DNA of 64,000 nucleotides from Mobula hypostoma. Taxonomy: Eukaryota. How positions within the stretch are numbered: the first letter of the stretch is position 1; each line of letters opens with the position of its first letter. The notes under the pieces were generated by a model, which did no database searches, was not told the DNA's origin, and saw only the letters and a list, made by a program, of their open reading frames with translations. Positions 49,874-63,122 of the stretch are shown here, one piece after another. Location: positions 71,612,001 through 71,676,000 of the forward strand of contig NC_086097.1 in NCBI RefSeq assembly GCF_963921235.1, given 5' to 3'. The translations under genes and the position numbers were made by a program.

Positions 49874-51194
49874 ATTATCAGAAACTGAGAATGCCAGGAA
49901 TGGAGGGGTACCTTAATGAAGTGGAATACAATGAACTAAGATAATTGGGTTACACAATAAATTCTGGTCTTGCCAGTAGTGCCCACACCTCTTAGCAAAC
50001 AAAGCAGTATGGTGTCCCTCGTGCAACTTTCTATTGTGTGCTTCCATGAAGACAATTTCCAAAATGGATGCAGAGTTTTCATATTTAGGGCATGTATGTA
50101 TTTGGATGAACACATCTTTTTATCTGTAATGTTTCTCGAAAAGGAATGCAAAATCTTGTCAAATACTTCATCGCAGACTGAGTGAGAAGAGCAAGTGTTG
50201 TTCAGAAACCGTTCATCTCATCCTGAAGCTGACAGAATGCTCATGAAGGACAGAAGCAAATACAAATTCTAATTTCGGCCTCTAAACTGGTGCAGATTTG
50301 AGGCCTGATTCCCTCCCCCTGCGGAAGGCATTTTCCTGTCAGCATACCACAAGGGTAGCTTCACCCTAGCAATTTGACAGTATCCTTATTTCAGCTTTTG
50401 ACCTTTTGCTCTGCTATGCACCTGTATTCCCTAACTCAACTGGCTCGATGACTTGAACTTGGTCTTAAAGCCCCACCCTAAAGATAACTTCACTAAAACC
50501 ATTCACCGCTCCAAAGATTGGCTTCGTCCATAATCTGTCCTTGAACAATGAAAGGGTAAGAGTAAAAGAGCTGTGTGGTTGGTCGATGGAAGATTTTCTG
50601 AGGGGTTGCCTTACAGTTTTCTTGGGACAAGAACTCTAATTATTATTGATTGAGTATGCCATGTTGGATCCGATAGGTTCCTTTGTGCTTTTTTATATAG
50701 TTGTTGGTCATTACTGGACAGAAATGGAATAAATAATATTCTATCCTTTAACTCTCAGTTCCAGATTTGAATCCAGGTCCAGAGCTGAAAACAAAAAAAT
50801 CAGCTTTCAGATTGTCATCATTTGGAAAGCTGGTAGTTACGAATAGAAATAAATGTAAAATGCCCTCATCCAAATCCTGACCAAAAGGAATCGTGTCTCT
50901 TGTGATCTAATTACCATGTCCTCTCCAGTGAACTCTGCAGGATAGTTTTTTTTTGTTGTTTTTTTTGGGTTTCTTTGTTTTGTAGCTGTTTGTAAGAGGA
51001 CGAATCTCAAGGTTGTATAATGTATACAGACTTCGATAATAAATGTACTTCTGAACTTTGAACTTTGATTAGTGAGATCCAGCCACAGGATCTTGCTCGT
51101 TCTTTTATTAGCTTACAAGGAATGGGACAAAACAGTCAACAAGGAACCAATGAAGACGAGGAAACTTATTTTACAAGGATAGATGCATCTAAAC

Positions 51195-51410
51195 CTGAAC
51201 CAAGGTGTTGGGGTGCTGTTGAAGCCAGCAGAAATTGTTAAGAATGACATGCTGGATGCAGAGGCTGGAATGGTGAAAGGTGAACCAGGGTGCCTGGGAT
51301 ACGTGAGGGGTAGTATGAGAATCGAAGTTCATTAAATTGAGGAAATGTGAGTGCAGGAGCGTTTGACCACAGCAGAGAGGAAGGCATGTTTGCTGAAAGA
51401 GGAGGACATT
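51195..51410 (-). mobile_element. Old Penelope-like ORF fragment (RT-to-endonuclease linker)
   Basis: FTFHHSSLCIQHVILNNFCWLQQHPNT resembles the Penelope motif LTYHPTSLRIQHIILRNFRHLQ.DPTT. Confidence 0.6.
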
Positions 51411-51559
51411 TGTTTGTCCTCGTTCATTTGTAAATTTTAAATATAGCGAGTACGGCTGGCAAGACAACCCAACTGGAAAATAAGGACTTGTAGTCTCCAG
51501 ATATTTGTGGCCAGCCTGCAGTTGGAGTTGCCAACAGGCATACTACACTCTGAATGTCA

Positions 51560-51710
51560 ATTACTGAAAAAATGACACTATCTGAAGAACCGATAATTCC
51601 CCAATGTACAAATCAACATTCATTCCTCAAATCAGCCTGTCAAAAAATGGTCAACAGACAATCTAACTTCCTGTTGTTTGTAGATTCTTGGGCATAATAA
51701 GTGACTAGTA
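51560..51710 (+). mobile_element. Deu-domain SINE remnant
   Basis: tgacactatctgaagaa...caacattcattcctcaa...ctgttgtttgtagattcttg resembles the Deu 3' region; recalled similarity only. Confidence 0.4.
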
Positions 51711-52072
51711 TAGATGTCAACATGGCAGCAACGGTTGCACTTCAACGTTATTAGTTATATAAGATTTGCAGAAGAACATTCTGAGAAAGAACATAAATTT
51801 AGAGAAGCAAAGAATCAAGAACCACATAATCATCTCCAACAGTAGGAGGAAGAAGGAGTGATCTAAATGTGTGAGTTTCTTGCTCTTTTTGGATGGTCCC
51901 ACAAACTCACATTTCTCTTTTCATGTATCTATTCAATTTCTTGTGGAGGTAGCTGCGGCCATCACCATCTCAGGTAGTGCATTACAGATAAAATCCTGAA
52001 AGATTTTCTCATCATTTATCTGATTCTTTGCTACTTTCCTAGATCTATATACCTTAGTTAGCAACCTTGCTG

Positions 52073-52383
52073 TTGGCGCGTGGCCAAGTGGTTAAGGTGT
52101 TGGTCTAGTGATTTGAAGGGCGCTAGTTCAAGCCTCAGCTGAGGCAGTGTGTTGTGTCCTTGAGCAAGGCCCTTAACCACACATTGTTCTGCAACGACAC
52201 CGGTGCCAAGCTGTATCAGCCCTTGTGCCCTTCCCTTGGACAACATCGGTGGCATGGAGAGGGGAGACTTGCAGCATGGGCAACTGCCAGTCTTCTATAC
52301 AACCTTGCCCAGGCCTGCGCCCTGGAAACCTTCCAAGGCGCAAATCCATGTTCTCACGAGACTAACGGATGCCTATATATATA
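52073..52383 (+). mobile_element. Full-length tRNA-derived SINE with RTE-related tail
   Basis: A box TGGCCAAGTGG, B box-like AGTTCAAGCC, CORE-like gtgtccttgagcaaggcccttaacc, (TA)n tail, TSD ag(c/t)aaccttgct. Confidence 0.88.
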
Positions 52384-53779
52384 AGTAACCTTGCTATTAT
52401 GCAACAGCCTTTCACAGTACTGAATACATTTAGACTATAAGACTAGAAGACTCAGGAGTAGATTGACCCATTTGACCCATCCAGTTTGCTGGAACCATTT
52501 GGATTGAAAGGAGGACAATTCTGTCTTTTCCAGTTTCTTCACATAACTTGCCTTTACTCGAGTCTTACTATTATTACTAGTATTCTAGAAGATTTCCTCC
52601 CCATCCACTCCAAGGTGTTGATGGCCTTCCAGAAATGTGGTGACCAGAATTCATTACAATGTAACAGTAAATCTTTCCGACTGCCTTCTGTGTCTCTTAT
52701 TAGACTCAAAACCGAGATGCACTGAACATATGAGTCTCTTCTTTCTTCCTTGCTGTAAAAATTCAAGTCACCCTGAGCTCAGAAATGAGTTTGGCATTTT
52801 TAAAATGAGTTAGCAGATGGTACATTATTCCTATCTGTATTTTGATGTCAAGCTCTTTATTTCCAGTCCAATATTTTTCCAAAGAAATACTACATTTACG
52901 ATTTGCACAAGACCTCAGGATTGTACGTACATGTATTCATTCTGTAATGTCTTAAAGCCATGTCTAATCCATCTCCATAATTGTTCAGCAAACTGGTAGT
53001 GGTACTAATGTACTGTAATAAAACTTCTGTAAACCATTCCTATGCTAGATTGTCAACAACAGTAAAAACACCAACATTTTTTTCCAGCTAATGTTTTCCA
53101 CTAATTTACTTCTCTCTTCTTCTCTCAAGGGTATTGGCTCCTCATTGGGAGAAAATTTCATGAGCATGAATTTGGACATAACTCATTTCTCATTTTTATG
53201 CCATTATATTCCAATGTATTCCGGATAACATTTTGAAAAAATATATATCGCCACAACTCTCTTCTGGTTTTGTAGGTAATCTTTAAAAATGTATTTCCTC
53301 TTGCTAGCAAGGTTAACTGGGGTTTCATTGATCTGGAAAATGTTTAATCCCTCCCCCATCCGATTTATACCACAATTAGTATTTGAGAATAGGCTGTGTA
53401 TCAATGGGAGGAGAAATCACAGAAACTAGGCTTTGGGTTTCAATGAAATGTATACTGATTGAAATGTTTGTCATTACTTACCAACTGGGAATAATAATTT
53501 AATCTCCTGATCTAGTTTATGCAATGCAACTCTCAACATTTGCACAAGAAGCTTTATTTCTATTAATTAGCTTCTAGATCAGCACAGAAGATTCGTGGTC
53601 CCCATAATAGTTATTAGGGCAAGACCCTTTGACTCCAGTTGTATGATTACTTGTGTTTTGATTTTTTATTACATTCACATGCACTTCATACAAATTTTTA
53701 TTGACATTGCTTACTGATACACTATTGCAATTGGACTCGGTCCATCCTGTGTTTTCTTAATTAGGTCTTTTATGCTATG

Positions 53780-54170
53780 GACTTGATTTTTTCCTTTAAA
53801 TTGATAACTATTCCCACATTTCGACCCAGCCCCTGTCTTTATTGATTTAAGGGTGACAACAACCCTGGTTATCTTATTTGACAGGCTGCTGCTCTGGTTT
53901 GGGTAAGTGTATCCTATCCCAGTTCAGCCTTTCACTGTTGTTGCTGATAACATGGCATGAATTGAAACCAATTTTCCCTGCATTACTTTTTGAGTCATGC
54001 ATTTAGATCTCTTATCAATGTATGTGTGGCTCAGGTAAAACAAAAACAGAGGTTATTACCTTCCAGGTTCCACATTTCAATTTGGTCTCTGGCTCTTGAA
54101 AGTGTCACAGCAAAGCTCCTTTTTAATTTGACTTGTGTGGCTGGTTCCTAGGTGCACCACCATCTGTCTT
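53780..54170 (-). mobile_element. Old CR1 ORF1 (esterase-like) remnant
   Basis: Reverse-strand pattern gagtcatgcattta...gtggctcaggta...agaggttattacctt..aggtt...ggttcctaggtgcaccac; recalled similarity only. Confidence 0.4.
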
Positions 54171-54319
54171 CCATTGTCTTGCATTGACCCTGGAATTATG
54201 CACCAAATCTGCTCATTCTAGTAGCAAAGATCAATATCCATCACCTATTTACAGAGTCTCCTTCCATCTCTTGACTGGAATGGTCTCCTGAACCATGTCA
54301 CCAACCTTATTACATCATT

Positions 54320-54912
54320 TACAGCAGAGGCCGTGCACAATTCTGATTTGATGGAGACAGACGTGAGCAGCATGGAGGAACATCTGGAGAAACTTCTGAA
54401 ATGCCCGCTTTGCTGCCACTGCTACTGTGCGATCGAGAATCGCTGGAGGGGAAGGCCTCAAATCCTTGGCTTTCCCTATTGCCTGTTGCCGGGGCCGGGG
54501 TCGAAGTGCTTGGCAGAGATGGTGCTCGGTGCTCGTTGTTGGAGGGCTGATTGGAGGCTCGAAGTTTTCGGATGGACTCGAAGTCGGACTGTGGTGGATG
54601 CTGCATCGGCAAGTTTGCGGCGCTGGAGGTTCATGGCAGGGAGAGTTTCTCCCTTCTACCGTCTGTGTGAGATGATGGGACTTTCGAGAGACTTAGACTT
54701 TTTACTGTGCTCATGGTCTGTTCTATCAAATTACAGTATTGCTTGCACTGTTGTAACTACATGTTATAAGTATGTGGATTTTGTCAGTTTTTGTAGTCTT
54801 GGTTTGTCTTGTGTTTCTGTGATCTCATTCTGGAGGAACAAATTGTATCATTTCTTAATGCATGCTTTACTAAATGACAATAAAAGAGGACTGTGTGTCA
54901 TCATAATCTAAT
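54320..54912 (+). mobile_element. Non-autonomous retroelement with GC-rich 5' body and LINE-type tail
   Basis: CpG-rich body; tail taaatgacaataaaagaggactgtgtgtcatcataatctaat shared with 1990-2041. Confidence 0.7.
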
Positions 54913-55417
54913 TATTTGAATCTGTTGGATCTGGATGCCATTACTATCCAAAAGTTCTTCAGAAGTCAAGAATGAGGCATAAAACTTATTGCTTATCACT
55001 ATTTTATTAAGTGTTACAAAAGCAAAGGAGAACCAGTAGAAGAGAATCAAAATAACAGAGAAAAGGCCAGACTAAAAAGTAGATGTGGTCGTCTCATACT
55101 TAAACGATATATAACAGCAAATATCAGTGATAACAATTAGCCTATAAAATAGCCAAATTCAAGTCATGTGACACCTGCTATTGAAAACTAAGAAGTTTCT
55201 AGAAAAATATAAAGGTATCTCTACTATAATTACAGGAAAATTCACTGAACAATTACAGATATATAGATGATTATATATAACTGTGAGCAAGCAGAGGAAA
55301 GTTGAACTGCAAGAAAAATAACACATCCAGTCAGGCCAAAAGTGGCTTGTTTTTTTGAGAACAGTCCAAGTTTAAGGTTCTGTTCCCGACTGCTTTGCAG
55401 ACACATAATAGAAGCAT

Positions 55418-55650
55418 GGAGGTGCAGTGCAGTAGGTGGCGCTGTTGCTTCACAGCTCCAATAACATGGTTTGATGCTCATCTCCCCTGCTGACTGCATA
55501 GAGTTAGCAAATTCTCCTTTTGACTACTCAGGCTTCACTCGAGGGTTCTGGTTTCCTTGTATCTGCTGATGACGTGCTGGTAGGTTAATGGTTAATGAAA
55601 GACAATTGGTCCTATTGTATGTCAGTGGTGAGGGCTTCAGGGGAAATTCA
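55418..55650 (+). mobile_element. V-SINE (HE1-like) remnant
   Basis: gctgttgcttcacagctcca...gagttagcaaattctcc...gggttctggtttcct...gacgtgctggtaggttaatgg matches the V-domain pattern. Confidence 0.6.
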
Positions 55651-55664
55651 TTGGCATGTCATGG

Positions 55665-57990
55665 AGTCAAAGAGTATGAAACTAGGTCCTTGGGCCCAAC
55701 TCATTCATGTTGACTGTGTTTTCCAGTGAGCTACTCTCGTGCGTGTGTTTGGCTCATAGTTCTTTAAACCTCACCTCTCCATGACTGAGATGGCTTTTAA
55801 ATGTTACCAGTGTGCCAGCCTCAACCACTATTTCTGACAGCTCAATCCAAATATGCAGTGCCCTTTGCTGCCACTGATGTCCCTTTTAAATCTCTTGCCT
55901 CTAATCTTCAACCTATTGCCATCCTGCTCTCCCTATCCTGCTCGGAAAAAGTCTATGTGCTTTCACCCTGTCTATGCCGCATATGGTTTTACATACCTCA
56001 CCTCTCAGTCTCCTATGTTCCAGGGAATAAAGTCCCAGTCTATGCAACCTCTCCTTGGAACTCAGGCCCCCAAAGTCCAGGAAACATCCTGTTGTATCTT
56101 TTCTGCACTCTTTCTTGTTTAATAGTGTCATAGAAAAGTACAGCACAGAAACAGGCTCTAGGGCCCATCTAGACCATGCTGAAACATTTAAACTGCCTCC
56201 TCCCATCGACCTGGGACCATAGTCCTCCATGCCCCTACCATCCATATACCTATCCAAAGTTCTCTTAAATGTTGAAATCAGGCTCACATGCACCACTTGT
56301 GCTGGCAGCTAGTTCCACACTCACATGACCCTCTGAGTGAAGAAGTTTCCCCTCATGTTCCCCTTAAATCTCTCATCTTTCACCGTTAACCCATGACCTT
56401 TAGTTGTAGTCTCTCCCAACTTCAGTGGAAAAAGTCTGCTTGCATTTACCCTATCTATACCCCTCATAATTTTGTTTACTTCTGTCAAATCTCCTCTTAA
56501 TCTTCTACATTCCAAGGAATAGAGGCCAAATCTATTTAACCTTTCTTTGTAACTCAGGTCCTCCAGACCCAGCAACATCCTTGAAAATTTTCCCTGTACT
56601 TTTTCAAACTTATTTACATCTTTCCTGTAGGTAGGTGACCAGAACTGCAGACAATACTCCAAATTAAACCTCACCAATGTCTTATACAACTTTAATATAT
56701 CATCCCATCTCCTGAATTCAATTCTTTGATTTACGAAGGCCAACGTGCCAAAAGCTTTCTTTATGATCCTATTTACCTGTGACCCTACTTTCAATTAATT
56801 ATGGACCTGTATTCCCACATCCCTTTGTTCTACTGTACTGCTCAGTGCCTTAGCGTTCACTGTGTAATTCCTATCCTAGTTGGTCAGACCACCACGTACT
56901 TAGCTGCATTCAATTCCCTCTGCCGTTCTTCAGCCCAGTTTTCCAGCTGGTCCAGATCCCTCTGCAAGCCAAGATAGCCTTCCTCGCTATCCACTACACC
57001 CCCAATCTTGGTGTCATCTGCAAATTTGCTGATTATCATTCAGATTGCTGATATAGATGACAAACGACAACGGACCCAACATCGATCCCTGCTGCTCTCC
57101 ACTAGCCACAAGCTTCAAGTCAAAAAGGCAAATTACTCCTACAACTGCCTAGTTTCTCCCACAATGCCAACATTCACTGCCTCGCCTTCATCCACTTCCT
57201 TGGAAAGCACTATAAGATTGGTTAGACATGACTTACCGCACAAAGCCATGCTGGCTATCCTTAATCACTCCATGTCTATCCAAATACCTATATAGCCAGT
57301 CCCTTAGAATGCCTTCCAATAACTTTCCCACTATTGACATCAGGCTCACTGGCCTACAATTTCCTGGTTTGTTTTTAGAGCCTTTCTTAAACAGCGAAAC
57401 AACATCCAATCCTCCAGTACCTCACCTGTCACCAAGGATGATTTAAGTATCTCTGCTGGGACCCTGGCAATTTTTGCACTTGCCTCCCGCAGGGTCCGAG
57501 GGAACATATTGTCATGCCCTGGGGATTTATCCACCCTAATTTGTCTCAAGTACCTTCTCCTCATAATCTGTAAAGAGTCCATGAAGTTGATGCCACTTTT
57601 CCTCAATTCTATAGATGCTGTGTCCGTCTCCTGAGTAAATACAGATGCAAAAAAAGTCCATTTAAGATCTCACCCATCTCTTTTGACTCCACACATGGGT
57701 TACCACTCTGATTTTCCAGTGGACTGATTTTATCCCTTACAATTCTTTGGCTCTTAACATATCCACAGAATCCCTTCAGATTCTCTTTCACCTCGTTTGC
57801 TAGGGCAATCTCATACCTCCTTACAATAAGATTTTTCCAATAACAGGGTGAACAAAACGGCAGGCAATGCTTCAAGAGTTGTGTAAGCAGCAACTTATGT
57901 AAATGAAGCATAACTTTACAATTCTTATACTCCATATCCTGACTGATGAAGGTCATCATGCTAAATGCCTTCTTAATTAAATGCAGGCAA
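55665..57990 (-). mobile_element. Two nested CR1 fragments: a younger copy (~56127-57820) inside an older 3' copy
   Basis: [50 protein letters not shown]; second 3' UTR at ~55665-55760; the older copy resumes at ~57821. Confidence 0.85.
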
Positions 57991-58390
57991 ATAACTGACA
58001 GAATGGAATGCCATGCGAGATAGCACCGAGTCTGGGTTGAATGGGCTTTTGTGTTGTAAAAGAATGTGAAAGATATAAAATCCTTTTTGTTCATGTACAC
58101 TGTTCAAATCCAGTCTAACCTAAGGGGCACAATTATCTCCCAGATCAAAGAGCTCAGACAACTCCTTCATCTTCCTTGTTCAAAAACAGATGAGTGGCAG
58201 CGACATGTCAAATTATTTCTCACTTTAGTACAGCATAGCCAACATAGATGTGTTTGAAAACCTGCTATTTGATGAAATAACATAGAAGTTTAAAGAAATT
58301 AATTGGAGTAGATGTATATATACAGTGAATAGATTGTCCCCAAAACAGACCTACAAGACAATTGCCTGTTATTTCCTATTATGACAGCAG

Positions 58391-58592
58391 CAGCAGAAGA
58401 AGAAAGCCCTTAACTCTGAGTGGAGTCTGATGGTGTTTTTTTTAGCAGGCTTTCTTATTTTTATGAGGAGGAGTTGCTAGCTCGACGCTCAACCCAGCAC
58501 GGATGGAAAGCGTGCAAGGAAGCTGGCTGGATTCGAACTCAGGAGCCTTCGCTCCAAAATCTGGCACTGATGCCACTATGCCAACAGCCGGC
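58391..58592 (-). mobile_element. Short tRNA-derived SINE
   Basis: Minus strand A box TGGCATAGTGG, B box GAGTTCGAATCC, (TTC)n tail; 10-bp TSD atgacagcag (58381-58390 / 58593-58602). Confidence 0.88.
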
Positions 58593-59239
58593 ATGACAGC
58601 AGGATAACTATGCTTTATCTGCTCAGCATCTTGTCGTTCATGTCCTGCCAGTGTTGCCCATGCTGTTTACATCAGTTGGTTAACATAATTCAAAAGCTAG
58701 TCTGCACCTCGTAAAAGTGGCACTTAATGTTCTATATTGGGAGGTGTTCAAAAATGGGAGAGAGTGGATCTATGATATCTAGTTTCTGCACTGGAGACCT
58801 TAGTTGCATATCTTTGGGTTGGACTCAGATGCGCTATTTGTACATGGTTCTTCGGGGACTTCTCTATCTTGTAAGCAGTATTATGGTAGCCTAAGGTATG
58901 AGGAGGCACAAGAACTTCTGATAGAATAAGGAAGAAGAATTGGTTTCCTATGGGTTAGTATCTAGATGTCATTGATTTAAAACATTTGCTAAAACAACCA
59001 GATGCAAAATAGGGAATTTCTTCACACAAAGAACAGTTAAAATGTGGATTGCAGAATTTGAAAGCGTGTTAGAAACAAATTCTCTCTGCATTATCTGAAG
59101 ACAATTGAACATACTGTATTCTTGAAGGAAAGTTATTTGCAGTTACCTGGAAAATAGTCTTCATACCTTAGGCCATCATAATACTGTCCCCAAGATAGCC
59201 TGTTCTCTTAATTGCAAATAACAGGTGGAAACTTTCTTC

Positions 59240-59455
59240 AAGGCCTGTTTCTCCAAATATCCGGACCTGCATCTTGGTTTTTTTGCACTGCCTTATTTTC
59301 CATTTTTCTATTTTTCTACTTATGTTTTATAATTTAAATTTTTAATATTTACTATTGATTTGTAATCAAGGGAGCGGGAAGCACAGAATCAAACATCGCT
59401 ATGATGATTGTACGTTCTAGTATCAATTGTTTGGCGACAGTAAAGTATAAAGTAT
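59240..59455 (+). mobile_element. LINE 3' UTR fragment
   Basis: tttttgcactgcctt...T-rich...ggcgacagtaaagtataaagtat tail organisation like the other Rex1-type ends in the window. Confidence 0.5.
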
Positions 59456-60467
59456 CATAAAGCTGACTCAGGTAATGAATTCAATGGCGCCTTTTTGGAA
59501 TAATATTTAATGATTCATTTCAATAGATCACAGGTAACTGATACAAATCCTACTCCTTAACTGTTATATGTCGTTCAGTAAATCAACAGCTGTCGCTTGT
59601 GAATTTTGTGCTTACTCTTATAACAAATTCCTGAATAGTACTTGGAACATTTTACTTTCCAGTACAACCTTCAAGAAAAAGAACAATATCAACAATCATC
59701 AAATGGATTGCCATTATTTTAGTTTGAAAAAGACATCAGAACCTAAAGATGGCAAAATCGGTTTTGCGCAGGGCTGGATGCAGTTTGCCCGTTTAGATTG
59801 GCAATTAAGATATCACATTGAACATTTTCCCATGCCAACAGATGATGATACCCACAAAATTAGTTGTTGATAGTTCTGGTTGCCAGTAATGCGACCCCTG
59901 CAGACATCAAAAATCCTGCTAATTCCTGCAAACTGTGAACCACAGGACAAACACTTGGGAAGACAGAGAATGTGCGTTGCTCTCAGCTTGACTTGAGAAC
60001 GATATCTTATGGAATAATGCCAAATAATATCAGTTGAAATTCTGAAGAGAGGAATGTTCTTTCATAGTCCCTCTCTAATTGTTTCAGCTTTTCTGAATGT
60101 TAATACAGGATTTCATTCGTTTCATGATTTATTGATAAGTTTCAGTTGCTCTGCTTTTATTGTTGAGAGGAGCCGCTATGGTGAAAATTTCTTCATGGCT
60201 TTTAGCCATCCCTTCCCCCATCAAATATAGTATTGAAAGGCAGAAGGTGAGAACATTACACATGCTCTTATTACCTTACAAAGATCTTATGAATGATGAA
60301 CGATTTACTTAGATTGGAAAATTCTGCATGCCACTCCTCTTCTGAAGAATTCTGAGAGAGAACTGCAAGAAATAAGGAACAAATGTTATTAGAAGCTACT
60401 GGATTAGAATTAAGGGTATAGTGACTAATTGCTTTTTAACTAAATCAATAAGGAGTTGAGGTGCAAG

Positions 60468-60905
60468 TACTCGCCCACTTTATTAGGTACACCTATACAC
60501 CAACTCATTATTGCAAATATCTAAACAGTCAATCCTGGTCAAACAGCTCAGTTCAAACATGATAATGGGGAAGAAAATTGACTTTGGCCACAAAATGATT
60601 GTTGGTGCCAGATGGGGTGGTTTGAGTGTCTCAAGAATTGCTGATCTCATGGGATTTTCACTCACAGCAGTGTTCACAATGGTGTGAAAGTTACAAATAA
60701 TATCCAGTGAGCAACTATGGGTGAAAATGGCTTGTTAATGAGAGAGGTCAGAGGAGAAGGGTCAGACTGATTCAAGTTGACAGAAAGGCAACAGTAATTC
60801 AAATAACAAAAGTTATGTGCAGAAGAGCAACTCTGAATGCACAGCACCTGGAACCTTGGGTTACAGCAGAAGACCATGAACAAATATTCAGTGACCACTG
60901 AATGT
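60468..60905 (+). mobile_element. Non-autonomous Tc1/mariner derivative
   Basis: End motif ccactttattaggtacacc; N-terminal transposase HTH remnant MIVGARWGGLSVSRIADLMGFSLTAV; right end gtgaccactgaatgta. Confidence 0.82.
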
Positions 60906-60914
60906 ATGTAATGA

Positions 60915-61255
60915 AAACCATAAGACATAGGAGCAGAATTAGGCCATTCAGTCATCGAATCTGCTCTGCCATTCCATCAAGGCTGATCCTGGATCCCACT
61001 CAATTCCATACTCCTGCCTTCTCGCCATATCCTTTGATGCCTTGACTAATCAGAAAATGATCAACTTCTGCCTTCAATATGCCCATGGACTTGGCCTCCA
61101 CTGCAGTCTGTGGCAGAGCATTCCACAGGTTCACCATTCTCTAGCTAACAAATATCCTCTTTACCTCTGTTCTAAAATGTTGCCCCTCAATTTTGAGGCT
61201 GTGCCCTCCAGTTCTGGATAACCCCACCATAGGAAACATCCTATCCACATCCACA
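60915..61255 (-). mobile_element. CR1 3' fragment
   Basis: accataagacataggagcagaattaggccattc 3' UTR and the RTGGHSLKIEG C-terminal motif. Confidence 0.88.
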
Positions 61256-61748
61256 AATAAATGCTATTGAATACCATGAGTGTTGATCAAGAAAGCGTTT
61301 GATAAAGTTGTTGTTTAGAAAGGGTTAGTTAAAGTTGAAGCTACTGGAATCAATGAAGGAGGATAATTGATCTGATTAGAAAATTGACTAACATTCAGAG
61401 ACAGGGAACAAGGATGAAACAGAAGAAAAAGTTATAGGAGACCTACATCTACAGGCAGCAGTTTAGAAAGGAATTCAATGCAAATTTCCAGGTACTATAC
61501 TTAAAGGTTAAAGTTTAACCATTGAAATATGAAGATCAATTACAAAAACTAGAGTTATATTCTCTGGAATTTGAAAAAAAAGAGTAACCTGGTTGAAAAT
61601 TGTAAGATGTTAATGGAAACTAACACTAAATTAAACAATTCTGCTGGCTGAAGAACCTGAGAATTGTGGGGTATAGGCTACAAGTTAGAACTAGGCTTTC
61701 AGCAGTGATGTTAAGAAATAATTCTGCAAAGCAGAATATGGTTGTGAC

Positions 61749-62821
61749 CAATGTTCCCTCTAAGTTTTAGTAGTCAGTGTGCGCAAAAATATTATGTTGT
61801 GCAATTTTTTTGTCCTGTGACAAAAGTATGTATGCACTGAATGCACACATGGCAGAGTTTATGTAGGTTTACAAAATATTTCACATAAAACTGCACAGAA
61901 TAACAACAAAATAACATACATATTTAAGTCACTCAGTTATTTTTTCTCTCCTGTCTTTGGCATTTACCCATTCTTTGTAAACTCTATCTAGACTAATAGA
62001 ACTTCCATCCAATTGATAGCTTTTGATTCTCATTAACATATCCAAATGACATTCACCTAAACGGTTTCTCAGCTTGTTTTTGAGTTGATTCGTTAGGCTA
62101 AAACCCCGCTCACAGTCTGCACTAGATGCAAGAAAGGTTCCCCCAATGTCCATCAGCTGTGCAAGGTCGCAAAACTGTTCATTTTGAAGTACAAATGCCA
62201 CCATTTGAGCAAAGTTTGAAATCGGTTTGGATTTAATTTTTTCTTGCACAGAAAATTTGAAATCATTAAACTGTCTAATTATTACAGTATTTTCAGCTAG
62301 AAAATCATGATACTTTAGACATAAGGCATTAACCTGTTCATCGCTAAATGTGAAGTCACAATCTGCAATTGCGGAGAAATCAAAAGCTGACCATTCTTGT
62401 ACCTCAACTCTGATCTCCTCTGGGTTTGATCGTTTTCACTCTCGCTCATCTGCACTCAGCGGTAATATGCGTAGCGCTCTTGTAACGAGTAATGACGGGT
62501 TATGTTGCCTGAGCTTTTGTACACTGTACAAATGCGATTTACTTGCCAAATGATGCTTCAAGAAGTCAAGTTTCCAAATATCATCCCACGGAACAGGATA
62601 GGTGAGGTGATGTAAATTAGTGCCGTGCATTGAAGTATTTGATAAACCGACTAACTAGTTACCAGAAACAGTTAGCTAAAAGATTATTTTCAGTAAGTAT
62701 AATTATTAATTACTACATTATTTTAGGTAACTAACCTTTTGTGTGCACATTAATTTCTTTTGTGTGCTGGTTGAAAAACGTGTGTGCACGCGCACACACG
62801 CACAGTTTAGAGGGAACTATG
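61749..62821 (-). mobile_element. Internally deleted hAT DNA transposon (ZNF862-like transposase)
   Basis: TIRs caatgttccctctaa / ttagagggaactatg; perfect 8-bp TSD gttgtgac (61741-61748 / 62822-62829); hAT dimerisation motif ASSADCERGFS..NQLKNKLRNRL; N-terminal WKLDFLKHHLASKSH. Confidence 0.95.
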
Positions 62822-63122
62822 GTTGTGACTTGTAATTCTCACATGTAAATGGCATTTGATGCAAGTTCAGATGCTAATGTCAAATCAGAGTTTGACGGAT
62901 TTATGTTGACAATTATGCGCCAAACCATGCCTGAGGAATTAGTGACAATCAGCCAATACCTCATTGCAAAAGCTTCTGTTAAATGACCTAGTCCTGTCTT
63001 TATGTTCTTCGTTAGATCAGATTGGTATGAATTGACATTATAGCAACTCCTGTGGGGAGTCTGCATGGCTGACATCATTCAGTGTGTAAGACTAATCTGA
63101 TTCCAGTACTGCCATTTTGGAA

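Noticed and set aside
52073..52145. tRNA gene (also 3395-3462 and 58520-58592)
   Set aside because: A and B boxes are present but are followed by SINE bodies, with tails and TSDs in two of the three cases; these are SINE heads, not tRNA genes.
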